Part shown: positions 7,724 through 16,550 of the stretch, one piece after another
Numbering within the stretch: the first letter of the stretch is position 1
Layout: each line of letters starts with the position of its first letter
Assembly (NCBI GenBank): GCA_016871995.1
Contig: VHBL01000002.1
Span: 132,708-164,707, forward strand
Direction: 5' to 3'
Length of the DNA stretch: 32,000 nt
Source: Nitrososphaerota archaeon
GTDB taxonomy: Archaea > Thermoproteota > Nitrososphaeria > Nitrososphaerales > UBA57
Translations under genes and position numbers: made by a program
Notes under the pieces: generated by a model
What the model was told of the DNA's origin: nothing
The model's database searches: none
What the model saw: only the letters and a program-made list of their open reading frames with translations

Positions 7724-9944
7724 CTATTCAGTATCAATGAACTCGCTCGCCTGAGGAGGCTCAGGTGAAAGGCCCTTCCTCTTCCTGATGTCGGTTATGA
7801 GCGTTGGCAGTATTGATGCTGGAACCTGAGACCAAGCCTTGAAGTGCGTGTTCCATAGAGCCTTGCCTGCTGTCGCACCTCTCATTATTTCGGAAAGGTC
7901 GAATGTTTCTGATGCCGGAACCTCTCCTTCTACAATGGTCACGATTTCCTTCTGCTCAACGTTCAGCATCTTCCCTCTTTTAGATGAGATCACACTTGCT
8001 ATTGCACCAATCTGCTCGGAGGGACATTTGACTTCTATGCCAAGCATCGGCTCGAGGAGGGTAGGCTGTGCAGAGAGCATACATCCAAGAATGGCCCTCC
8101 TTGAAGCTGGCATTAGCTGGGCGTATGTTCTGTGAGCAGGGTCTTCGTGGGGAACATAATGATGCAGAATTACTTTGACACCTCTGCAGTATTCGCGCGA
8201 CAGTGGCCCTTCTTCCATAACATCCTCAAAGCCAGATCTTATGGAGTCCATTGATTCCTGCAGGTACTGTACACCTTTTGTGGCATCTAAGAGCATGTTT
8301 CCTTTGTTGTCTATTGTAACGACGCTCTTTGCTTCGTCTGAATCCCATCCCAAATCTCTTAGTGTCTTTGCAAGCTGCTTTTTGTCTATGTTTTCGTTGA
8401 TCTGACCAGTTCTGATTAGTTCGACGATGTTGTCTGGCAATGCTTCTACGCGCATCAGTATCTTGTTATGTCTATTTGGAGACTTTGACATTATTGGTCC
8501 AGCCTTTCCTTTTATTGCCTCCCTGTAGTTGATCAATGGCCGTGAAGTCATGATCTCTAGACCTGCTTGCTGTATAAGCGTGGTAGCTATTTCCAAATGT
8601 AGAACTCCCATGCCCGCGAGGAGCATTTCTCCAGATTCTTCATCAATCTTTACGACAAGGTTAGGGTCTTCGATGCTAAGCTTTCGTAATTCTTCAACGA
8701 GCTTTGGAAGCTCCTTCGGATGCTTCGACTCTATAGCTATTGTAACTACTGGCTCTGAAACGTACTTTATGGCTTCGAAGGAATATACATCTTTGATCGT
8801 GGAGATGGTCTCCCCTGATCTTGCATATTCTAATCCGAGTAGTGCGGGGATATTCCCTGCCGACATCGTGCCAATAATTTCCCTAAAAGGCCCCATGTAC
8901 ATGTTTACTGACTGGATTCTTCCCTCCCTCTTTGCCCCGAGCAAATAGACTGAATCACCATCATGCACGGTCCCCGAGTATAACCGCCCTGTAGCCACAA
9001 CACCTGCCTGAGGGTCAACGACTACGTTGGTAACCATCATGACTATGGGCCCGTTTTCGTCGCACGCAAGAAGGGCCTTGCCGACTTCGCTGTTTAAATC
9101 ACCCTTCCAGATTTTTGGAATTCTATAAGCCTGTGCAACATGTGGGGGAGGATGGTGTTTGACGACCATGCCGAGAACTGCTTCGTGTAGGGGAGCTTTT
9201 TCTGACAGTTCCTTTACTCCATCTTCAGTGTAAGCCTTGTAGATGTCTGCAAATTTGACACCCTTCTTACTTGCTATGTCAAAGTTGAAGCCCCAGCGGT
9301 CTTTTGCCGAGCCAAATGAAACGGTACTAGTTTGAATGCTTACCTTCCATTTTTCCTTGTACTCTGGCTCTGCATAAGCATCGATAAGAGCATTGAAATC
9401 GCTGACAATATTTGCCAACCAAGCCTGCATCTTGTCCGGGGTAAGTCTGAGTTCCTTTACCAGGCGATCGATCTTGTTGATATAGAGGACAGGCCGCACC
9501 CTCTCCTCAAGTGCCTGCCTCGTTACTGTCTCTGTTTGCGTCATCACGCCTTCTACCGCATCAGAAACTACGACAGCGCCATCAATGGCCCTAAGACTTC
9601 TGGTCACCCTCCCTGTAAAATCTATGTGCCCGGGGGTATCGATCATATTGATGACGTATGGTTTTCCCTCTTGTTCGTAGTATAGAGTAACGTTAGCAGC
9701 TTTTATCGTCATTTGACGTTGCTGTTCAAGTGGCATAAAGTCTAGAGCAAGGGCTTGACCAGCGACAGAGGGGCTGAGCATACCGCAAGCAGCCAAGAGG
9801 CTGTCGCTCATCGTAGTCTATTCGGCTGAGAGAGAATCTCGCTCAGTTTCCGTGATCTACGTGAGCTATGACCCCAAAGTTTCTGATCTGGTCTCTGTTC
9901 CCGATGACCTTCATTACTTCTGTCGTTGACTTGTACTTTGGCAA
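7724..9944 (-). CDS. fusA: Translation elongation factor aEF-2, interrupted by a 28-nt insert in the P-loop (exon 1 9848-9944, exon 2 7724-9819 under the splice model)
   Basis: The 695-aa ORF is EF-2 without its G1 motif. Upstream, TTG 9944 (preceded by an aggtg SD-like sequence and an in-frame TGA) encodes [32 protein letters not shown], followed by AAC TGA. Removing 28 nt gives a 731-codon ORF with [15 protein letters not shown]. Confidence 0.85.
9820..9847 (-). other. Candidate bulge-helix-bulge (BHB) intron in the aEF-2 pre-mRNA (28 nt; 9819-9846 is an equivalent boundary)
   Basis: Inner stem 9846-9838 / 9834-9826. A 3-nt bulge AAA at 9849-9847. Central helix 9853-9850 / 9825-9822 (3 Watson-Crick pairs + A.A). 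A 3-nt bulge AUA at 9821-9819. Outer helix 9861-9854 / 9818-9812. Cutting after the second nt of each bulge restores the frame and the P-loop Lys. Confidence 0.6.
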
Positions 9945-10185
9945 CCTTCACACCTGATATGACTCTGCGACTCTAAGACTCGCTATATATCTTTACCAGC
10001 CAAACTACTGCTGATATACATGCATGACTCCCCGTATAGGGGCCTCTGAGTTTTGCTACTAGGAGGGGAGGAGTGATAAAATGCAAGATAGAAACTTGTC
10101 GATATGAGGTACTGTTAATTTTTGCCTTCCGGGGTGTCTGGAGCGCGATTCTAAGGGTATTGTAAGCAACTTCACCAGAACTCAG

Positions 10186-10410
10186 CTACATCGACATTGC
10201 CTCGTACACCCTCATGCTTGTAATTATCGGGCAGCCCTCAGCAATTTTTAGGGCTTCGTCCATGCTTTCCGCATCGATGATTGTGTAGCCCGTTATTGCT
10301 TTTTTATTATGTGGAAGTTGTTTGACACCACCTGACGTGATCTCCATTCCGGGCCCAAACGGATTACCACTGTCAACTATGTGGTCTTTTATTGACTTAA
10401 ACCATCGCAT
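10186..10410 (-). CDS. Small YciI/YCII-like protein, apparently lacking the usual N-terminal ~35 aa
   Basis: 74 aa. The tail ..VDSGNPFGPG..ITGYTIIDAESMDEALKIAEGCPI..VYEAMSM resembles the C-terminal two thirds of YCII-related dimeric alpha/beta-barrel proteins, judged from memory of the family pattern. Confidence 0.4.
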   Translation of the reverse strand: MRWFKSIKDHIVDSGNPFGPGMEITSGGVKQLPHNKKAITGYTIIDAESMDEALKIAEGCPIITSMRVYEAMSM

Positions 10411-10450
10411 CCTTTTTAGAAAGTAGTTTACTCATCCATTATGAGCACTA

Positions 10451-11779
10451 ATGGTTCTTGACAAACTCAGGGAGGGGTTACAATCAGCGATAAAGAAACT
10501 TGTCGGAGCTGATACCATAGACGAAGAAACAGTAAGGGAGTTTGTCAACGACCTTTTCAAAACTCTTCTGCAAGCTGACGTTCAGGTCAAGCAGGCAGCC
10601 GCAGTTACAGAGAGGGTAAAGAAGCGGGCCCTAGAAGAAAAGCCTCCGCCGGGGCTGCCAAGGAAAGATCACATCGTAAAGATTCTGTACGAGGAGCTTT
10701 CAGGCTTTCTTGGCACAGAAGGCAAGTTCGATTTACCAGCAGAGAAACTCAGCATAATACTAATGATGGGCATTCAGGGCAGCGGTAAGACAACGATAGT
10801 TGGAAAACTTTCCAGGTTCTTGGTCAAGAAAGGATATGCAGTTGGCGTTGTATGTGCGGACACCTATCGACCCGGTGCATTGGTGCAACTCAGGACGAAT
10901 GCGGAAAAAGCAGGCGTAGAAGTTTTTGGGGATGAAAAGGAGAAGGACGCTGTCAAGCTTGCACGATCAGGAGTCGAGCATTTCAGGTCTAATGGCAAGA
11001 ACGTCATAATTGTCGATACTGCAGGCAGGCACAAGGAGGAGAAGGGGCTGCTCGATGAAATGAAGACGATCTCATCGAAGATAATTCCAGATTATACTCT
11101 GCTTGTAATTGACGGGACGATAGGTCAGCAATGTTTTGCGCAGGCAGACGCATTTCACAAGGCAGTCCCTGTCGGAGGCATCATTATTACAAAACTCGAT
11201 GGTGCTGCAAAGGGAGGGGGTGCACTTGCAGCCGCAGCCGCTACAGGTGCTAGAATTCTCTTTATAGGCACAGGAGAACGGGTTGATGACCTAGATTTAT
11301 TTTCGCCGACTAGGTTCGTCGGAAGGCTCCTCGGAATGGGCGACATCAAGGCACTACTTGAAAAGGCAAAGGAGCTGGAGGCTGAAGCAGACGAAGCGAA
11401 GCTGCAGAGAATTGTCTCTGGCAAGATGACGATTGACGATCTGTATTACCAGCTAGAGCAAGTACGCAAGATGGGCTCCATCCGCAAAATACTCGAACTA
11501 GTACCGGGTTTCTCAGGCGCAGTCAAGGATGAAGATATGGCTGGGATTGAGCAGAACATAGACAAGTGGAAGTTCATAATACAGTCGATGACCAAAGAAG
11601 AACGTGCCGATCCTGATATCCTGAACTCTTCAAGGATGAAGAGGATCGCAAAAGGCTCAGGAAGGAATGAAAAGGAGATTAAAGACATGTTGCAGCGCTA
11701 CAAGCAGACGAAAACGGTATTGAAGGCTACGAAGGGCAGGGGAATGCGGCAGATGCTGAGAAGGCTACCAACTCAATGA
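10451..11779 (+). CDS. srp54: Signal recognition particle protein SRP54
   Basis: Contains MVLDKL.., GIQGSGKTT, DTAGRH and TKLDG GTPase motifs and a Met-rich C-terminal M domain. Confidence 0.95.
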   Translation: MVLDKLREGLQSAIKKLVGADTIDEETVREFVNDLFKTLLQADVQVKQAAAVTERVKKRALEEKPPPGLPRKDHIVKILYEELSGFLGTEGKFDLPAEKLSIILMMGIQGSGKTTIVGKLSRFLVKKGYAVGVVCADTYRPGALVQLRTNAEKAGVEVFGDEKEKDAVKLARSGVEHFRSNGKNVIIVDTAGRHKEEKGLLDEMKTISSKIIPDYTLLVIDGTIGQQCFAQADAFHKAVPVGGIIITKLDGAAKGGGALAAAAATGARILFIGTGERVDDLDLFSPTRFVGRLLGMGDIKALLEKAKELEAEADEAKLQRIVSGKMTIDDLYYQLEQVRKMGSIRKILELVPGFSGAVKDEDMAGIEQNIDKWKFIIQSMTKEERADPDILNSSRMKRIAKGSGRNEKEIKDMLQRYKQTKTVLKATKGRGMRQMLRRLPTQ

Positions 11780-13005
11780 AAGTCGATCCTTCAGTTCTCC
11801 AGAAGGCAGAGGCTATACTATCAAAGTACACACTCTGCAATTCGTGCCTAGGAAGGCAATTTGCACCGAGGAAAGATGAACAGATAGAACTCGCAGAGCA
11901 GATTAGGAAGAGACTCGGGATGGAGGAGCCTGAGCGGTGCAGCCTATGCGGGGGGATCATCAATGAGATCGATAGCACAGCAGAAGATGCCATTCATGCT
12001 CTTCGTGAATACGAATTCAAAACATTCCTTATTGGAGCAAGCATACCCCATTCGATCATAGAAAAGGAGGATTCTTTGAGAGCAGAGTTCAAGCTCAAGG
12101 GAGGGTATTCAGTCAAAGTAGAAATTACGAGCGCCTTGGCAAAAAGAATTGGAGCGACTCTGAAGAGAAGATACGATGCAAGAAACCCCGACGTCGTAAT
12201 AGTTGTCGATCCGATGGGGAAGTTTCAGACAATTACTCCGCGCTCATTGTTCGTAACTGCTAGATACTCCAAGGCAAAGCGTGGAATACCGCAGAAGCGG
12301 GCAAGATGCTATGATTGCAATGGTAGAGGATGTCCTACCTGCTCTTGGACCGGTTTTGCTGATGAACCCAGTGTTGAATCTGAGCTTGCAAATTATTTGA
12401 TTCGAATATTTGGCGCAAAGAAGGCTAAATTTTCGTGGATCGGAAGCGAGGACGATAAAAGCTTGGTGCTAGGCACTGGCAGACCGTTCCATGCAGAGAT
12501 AATCGAACCTAAGAAGCGCAGTGCAGCTGCGGCAAGGTTCTGTACAAAGCTTAAACACGGGATCGCATTAGAAGGAGGAAGCGTACTAAAAGAAAGACCG
12601 CTACCAGACATATCTTTCGAGCTCCTCACTGAAGTAAATATAGAAGTTGCAAAGCCAGTCAAGAAAGCGGACCTCCTGAAGATTGAAAAAACTTTCAAAA
12701 ACGTTGATGCGAACCAATACTCTCCAAACAAGATGAAGTTTCTGACAAAGAGGATATTTGCACTCAAGGCTGAACAGGTTTCATCAAAAAGGTTCAAGGC
12801 TACAATAGAGTGCGAAGGTGGCACCAATATCAAGAAGCTGGTGCAGGGTAATCATCTGGAGTTCTCTCCCAGCATTTCCGAAGTGCTGGGCTATGAGTGC
12901 AAGGTAGATGCTAAGAAGCCATTTGACACCCTGAATGTCAAAATTGTAGAGAAGATAGTCAGAGAACCACGGCTAATACGTGCAGAAACTATCGCGGAAG
13001 GCTAG
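11776..13005 (+). CDS. pus10: tRNA pseudouridine synthase Pus10
   Basis: N-terminal Zn-ribbon pattern (CNSCLGRQF .. CSLCGG), a second CxxC pair (CYDCNGRGCPTC), and the ..LGTGRPFHAEI.. core. The ATGA start overlaps the srp54 stop. Confidence 0.75.
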   Translation: MKVDPSVLQKAEAILSKYTLCNSCLGRQFAPRKDEQIELAEQIRKRLGMEEPERCSLCGGIINEIDSTAEDAIHALREYEFKTFLIGASIPHSIIEKEDSLRAEFKLKGGYSVKVEITSALAKRIGATLKRRYDARNPDVVIVVDPMGKFQTITPRSLFVTARYSKAKRGIPQKRARCYDCNGRGCPTCSWTGFADEPSVESELANYLIRIFGAKKAKFSWIGSEDDKSLVLGTGRPFHAEIIEPKKRSAAAARFCTKLKHGIALEGGSVLKERPLPDISFELLTEVNIEVAKPVKKADLLKIEKTFKNVDANQYSPNKMKFLTKRIFALKAEQVSSKRFKATIECEGGTNIKKLVQGNHLEFSPSISEVLGYECKVDAKKPFDTLNVKIVEKIVREPRLIRAETIAEG

Positions 13006-13721
13006 GCCACGGGAGGTGCAGGAATCTTTTCCTGCTCGACCTGTCCGTCCCTGATGAATATGATCCTGTCAGTCTCGTTTGCAATCTCAAGGTTATGCGT
13101 TATGATGATTATCGTCTTTCCAGTTTCCTTGTTAAGTTTCTTCATCAACTCCACTATCGCTCGGGTATTCTTCGTATCCAAGTTTCCCGTAGGTTCATCA
13201 CCCAAGAGTATTGCAGGGTCTGTAACCAGCGCTCTGGCAACAGCGACCCTTTGCTGCTCTCCCCCGCTCATTTCCGAGGGCCTGTGACGCATCCTCGCTC
13301 TGAGGCCAACAAGTTCGAGCATCTTTATTGCCCTTCTCCTCCTTTCATCACTTGATACGCCTCTTATCGCAAGAGGGAGTTCAACATTCTGCAGGGCGTT
13401 CAGCCTTGAAATCAAATTAAAAGATTGGAAGATGAAACCTATCTTCTTGTTCCTCAGCTCTGCGAGCTTTGCACCGCTCAGGGTAGTCATGTCAATTCCG
13501 TCTATGAAGAGCTTTCCACTGGTAGGTATGTCCAGAGCGCCAAGCATGTTCAGCAATGTTGACTTTCCGCTGCCAGAAGGGCCTACTATTGCAACGAACT
13601 CTCCTTGGTAAACCTTCATGCTCAGACCGTCTAGGGCCGTAGTTGCCACGCCTTCGCCAGAATATATCTTGACTAGATTCTTAGCCTCAACCACGGCCCT
13701 CCTGTTGTTTGGCGCTGCCAT
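13002..13721 (-). CDS. ABC transporter ATP-binding protein (MacB/LolD-like ATPase)
   Basis: Walker A GPSGSGKST, signature LSGGEQQRVAVARAL, Walker B ILLGDEPTGNLD. No FtsX-type permease gene is adjacent. Confidence 0.9.
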   Translation of the reverse strand: MAAPNNRRAVVEAKNLVKIYSGEGVATTALDGLSMKVYQGEFVAIVGPSGSGKSTLLNMLGALDIPTSGKLFIDGIDMTTLSGAKLAELRNKKIGFIFQSFNLISRLNALQNVELPLAIRGVSSDERRRRAIKMLELVGLRARMRHRPSEMSGGEQQRVAVARALVTDPAILLGDEPTGNLDTKNTRAIVELMKKLNKETGKTIIIITHNLEIANETDRIIFIRDGQVEQEKIPAPPVA

Positions 13722-13817
13722 CAGGAGATTCTGGAATCGAGACTGATATAGACCTTTTTCAAGCAGGATTCAGCTCAAGGAACCAATATTAAGAGCACGA
13801 GTGGAGATGGATGGTAG

Positions 13818-16541
13818 TTGAAGGAAAAGGACATTCTGCGGGAGAAGTTCTCCTCGGATCCGAAAAAGTACTACGAGGTCGAGCTCTTCAGGAGCAAGGG
13901 CTTCGAAAGGAAGCAGTGCACCTCCTGCGGAAGGTTCTTCTGGACGTTGGACCAGAATAGAAAGGTCTGTGCGGAGCAGCCCTGCCAGCAGTATGAGTTC
14001 ATAGGAAACCCCCCAACATCCAAGAGGTATGATTACATAGAAACTTGGAAGCAGGTTGAAAATTTCTTTGTCAAGAAGGGCCATGCAAGCGTTGCAAGGT
14101 ACCCAGTAGTATGCAGATGGAGGCCTGATTTGTTCTTTACCGTTGCATCTATAGTAGATTTTCAGAGGATTGATGGAGGGAGGGTAACGTTCCAGCTGCC
14201 AGAAAATCCGCTGATTGTGCCCCAAATGTGCTTAAGGTTTAACGACATTACCAACGTTGGTGTGAGCGGAAAGCACTTCACGTCCTTCTGCATGATAGGC
14301 CAGCATTCTATTGCTGATGAAAGAGGATACTGGAAAGACAGGTGCGTCGAACTCGATTATGAATTGCTAACTGGACCATTCGGGATTCCTGCAAAAGAGA
14401 TAGTCTGGATGGAGGATGTCTGGCTTGGGTATGGAGCCTTTGGATACGCCCTCGAATACCATGTCAGGGGAATAGAATTGGGCAACGCTGTGTTTACGGA
14501 ATTTGAGGGTTCCCCGAGCGATAATCGGACGATGAGCAACAAGGTCATAGACATGGGTGCCGGCCTTGAAAGGTTCAACTGGATAACTCAAGGAACGCCT
14601 ACAGCTTACGACTGTGTCTTCGGGCCTGTAGTTAGTCAACTGGTTGAAAAGTGCGGAGTAGAGTATGATCACCGTCTATTCAGCCAGTATTCGAAAATTG
14701 CTGGCATGTTAAACCTTGACGAGGTTTCAGACTTGTCATCAGCAAAGAAACAGGTTGCAGCAAAACTTGGAATTACCCAGGAAGTTCTCGAGCAGAAGAT
14801 AGGGCATTTACAGGCTCTGTATGCAATAGCTGACCATTTAAGAAGCTTGGTATTTGCAATCTCAGATGGAGGACTGCCCAGCAATGTGGGAGGGGGGTAT
14901 AACCTCAGAGTAATATTAAGGAGGGCTCTGGGCTTCATCAAAAAGTACGGATGGGATCTAAAGCTTGAGGAGATTGCCGACTGGCATATTAACTATCTCA
15001 AACCTCTCTATCCAGAGCTAGAAGAGCATAGAGACGATGTTGCAACTATTCTAAGGGTTGAGGAGAGAAGATATGCCAATGCAGAAGAAAGGACTTCGAA
15101 GATAGTCGAAACTCTGAAATCATCAAACAAGGCAGTAACCGAAGAAGACCTGATAAAACTCTACGATTCAGAAGGCATAACGCCCGAACTGCTCAAGGAG
15201 AAAGGACTTCCAATTACCATTCCTGACGATTTCTATGTCAAGGTAACTGAAAGACACATGGTGCAGAAGCCAGAGGAGGAGAAGGCCAAATTTAGCACTG
15301 ACGGTCTGCTTCCTACAAGGCTGATTTACTACGAAGACGGAAAACAGGACACGCAGGAGTTTGAAGCCAAGGTTCTCCGCATATTTGATGGAAAATATGT
15401 AGTTCTGAACCAGACGGCAATGTTTGCTAGGGCAGGGGGGCAGGAGCCTGACCACGGAACGTTAAACGGATGCGAAGTTATTGATGTCAGCAAATACGGA
15501 GACATTGCAATTCACACAGTAAAGAACTGCAACTTTAAGGAAGGTGAAACTGTCAAAGGTAAGGTTGACTGGCATAGGAGAAGCACCATAATGAGGCATC
15601 ATACCGCTACCCATATAGTAAATGGAGCGGCTCAGAAGTATCTTGGCTCTTGGGTCTGGCAGCACGGAGCATTCAAGGACATAGACAAGGCAAGGCTAGA
15701 CATCACTCATTTTGAGCATCTCAGCGACAAGCAGGTTGAAGATATAGAGAAACTTGCCAATACGGCAGTCCAGATGAATTTACCTGTCATCAAAGAGGTT
15801 CTTCCAAGAAGGGATGCAGAGAAGAGATACGGCTTCCGAATATATCAAGGCGGGATAGCCCCGGGAAACAACGTCCGAATAATCAACATCAAGGACTGGG
15901 ACATTGAGGCATGTGGCGGCACTCATGCCGAGAATACGGGGATTATTGGTCCAATCAAGATAACTAAGGCAGAAAGAGTGCAAGATGGAACAGAGAGGCT
16001 TGAATATGTTGCTGGAGAGGTTGCAGTTGAATACGTGCAAAAGCAGGCTAGGCTGCTTTCAAGTATTTCGCAGAGTTTGGGTGCACAGCCTGAAAGGCTA
16101 GTCGAAGCGATCAGCAACCTTAAAGAGCAGTACGAGGAATTAAGGAAGAAACAGAAAAGCCTTACAAAAAAGACGGCTTCACTTTTAGTAGATAGAATCC
16201 CTGCATCTGCAGAGAAGATCGGAGGGACCTTGGTTTATGTGAGTTCAGAGGAGGGGATGGAGGACGACTTCTATGTTGCTGCAGGGGAAGAGGCGATATC
16301 CAAGTTCCCTAACCTTGTGTACCTTGGAGTTGCTAGTATTGATAAGGCAAGGCTATTCGTCTTCTGCGGTAAAGAAGCTCGGAATCGTGGAATAAAGGCT
16401 GGAGATCTAGTAAGAACGCTTGCAAAGACCTTTGGTGGCTCTGGCGGAGGGGATGCGAGGTTTGCTCAGGGCGGAGGTTCGAAACAGGCAGATGTGCAGG
16501 CCATAAGAAGGGAAGCCGTAGAATTTGTAAAGAAAGTGTAG
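13818..16541 (+). CDS. alaS: Alanyl-tRNA synthetase (archaeal type)
   Basis: 907 aa with an N-terminal ..FERKQCTSCGRFFWT.. motif, the HHTATH editing/Zn motif, and a C-terminal GGGD..AQGGG DHHA1-like end. The TTG start is forced by the in-frame TAG at 13815. Confidence 0.95.
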   Translation: MKEKDILREKFSSDPKKYYEVELFRSKGFERKQCTSCGRFFWTLDQNRKVCAEQPCQQYEFIGNPPTSKRYDYIETWKQVENFFVKKGHASVARYPVVCRWRPDLFFTVASIVDFQRIDGGRVTFQLPENPLIVPQMCLRFNDITNVGVSGKHFTSFCMIGQHSIADERGYWKDRCVELDYELLTGPFGIPAKEIVWMEDVWLGYGAFGYALEYHVRGIELGNAVFTEFEGSPSDNRTMSNKVIDMGAGLERFNWITQGTPTAYDCVFGPVVSQLVEKCGVEYDHRLFSQYSKIAGMLNLDEVSDLSSAKKQVAAKLGITQEVLEQKIGHLQALYAIADHLRSLVFAISDGGLPSNVGGGYNLRVILRRALGFIKKYGWDLKLEEIADWHINYLKPLYPELEEHRDDVATILRVEERRYANAEERTSKIVETLKSSNKAVTEEDLIKLYDSEGITPELLKEKGLPITIPDDFYVKVTERHMVQKPEEEKAKFSTDGLLPTRLIYYEDGKQDTQEFEAKVLRIFDGKYVVLNQTAMFARAGGQEPDHGTLNGCEVIDVSKYGDIAIHTVKNCNFKEGETVKGKVDWHRRSTIMRHHTATHIVNGAAQKYLGSWVWQHGAFKDIDKARLDITHFEHLSDKQVEDIEKLANTAVQMNLPVIKEVLPRRDAEKRYGFRIYQGGIAPGNNVRIINIKDWDIEACGGTHAENTGIIGPIKITKAERVQDGTERLEYVAGEVAVEYVQKQARLLSSISQSLGAQPERLVEAISNLKEQYEELRKKQKSLTKKTASLLVDRIPASAEKIGGTLVYVSSEEGMEDDFYVAAGEEAISKFPNLVYLGVASIDKARLFVFCGKEARNRGIKAGDLVRTLAKTFGGSGGGDARFAQGGGSKQADVQAIRREAVEFVKKV

Positions 16542-16550
16542 AGATCAGCC

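Noticed and set aside
7839-9685. Plus-strand ORFs inside fusA (7839..8135, 8175..8405, 8529..8948, 9332..9685)
   Set aside because: These are shadow ORFs antisense to a highly conserved EF-2 coding sequence. They have low-complexity Ser/Pro/Cys-rich translations and no recognisable motifs.
13002-13005. Convergent genes sharing overlapping stop codons (pus10 / ABC ATPase in CTAG at 13002-13005; GTPase / rps3ae at 27357-27360)
   Set aside because: This is real but is a trivial consequence of compact genome packing, with no evident function.
13002-13721. An ABC ATPase without an adjacent permease as a novel system
   Set aside because: MacB/LolD-like ATPases are often encoded apart from their permeases, and there is no further supporting context in the window.
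13770-14225. A 151-aa minus-strand ORF overlapping the 5' part of alaS; similar internal or antisense ORFs occur in alaS, leuS, ahcY, the GGR gene, truD and other genes
   Set aside because: They lie entirely within strongly supported genes on the other strand or frame and have no family signatures.
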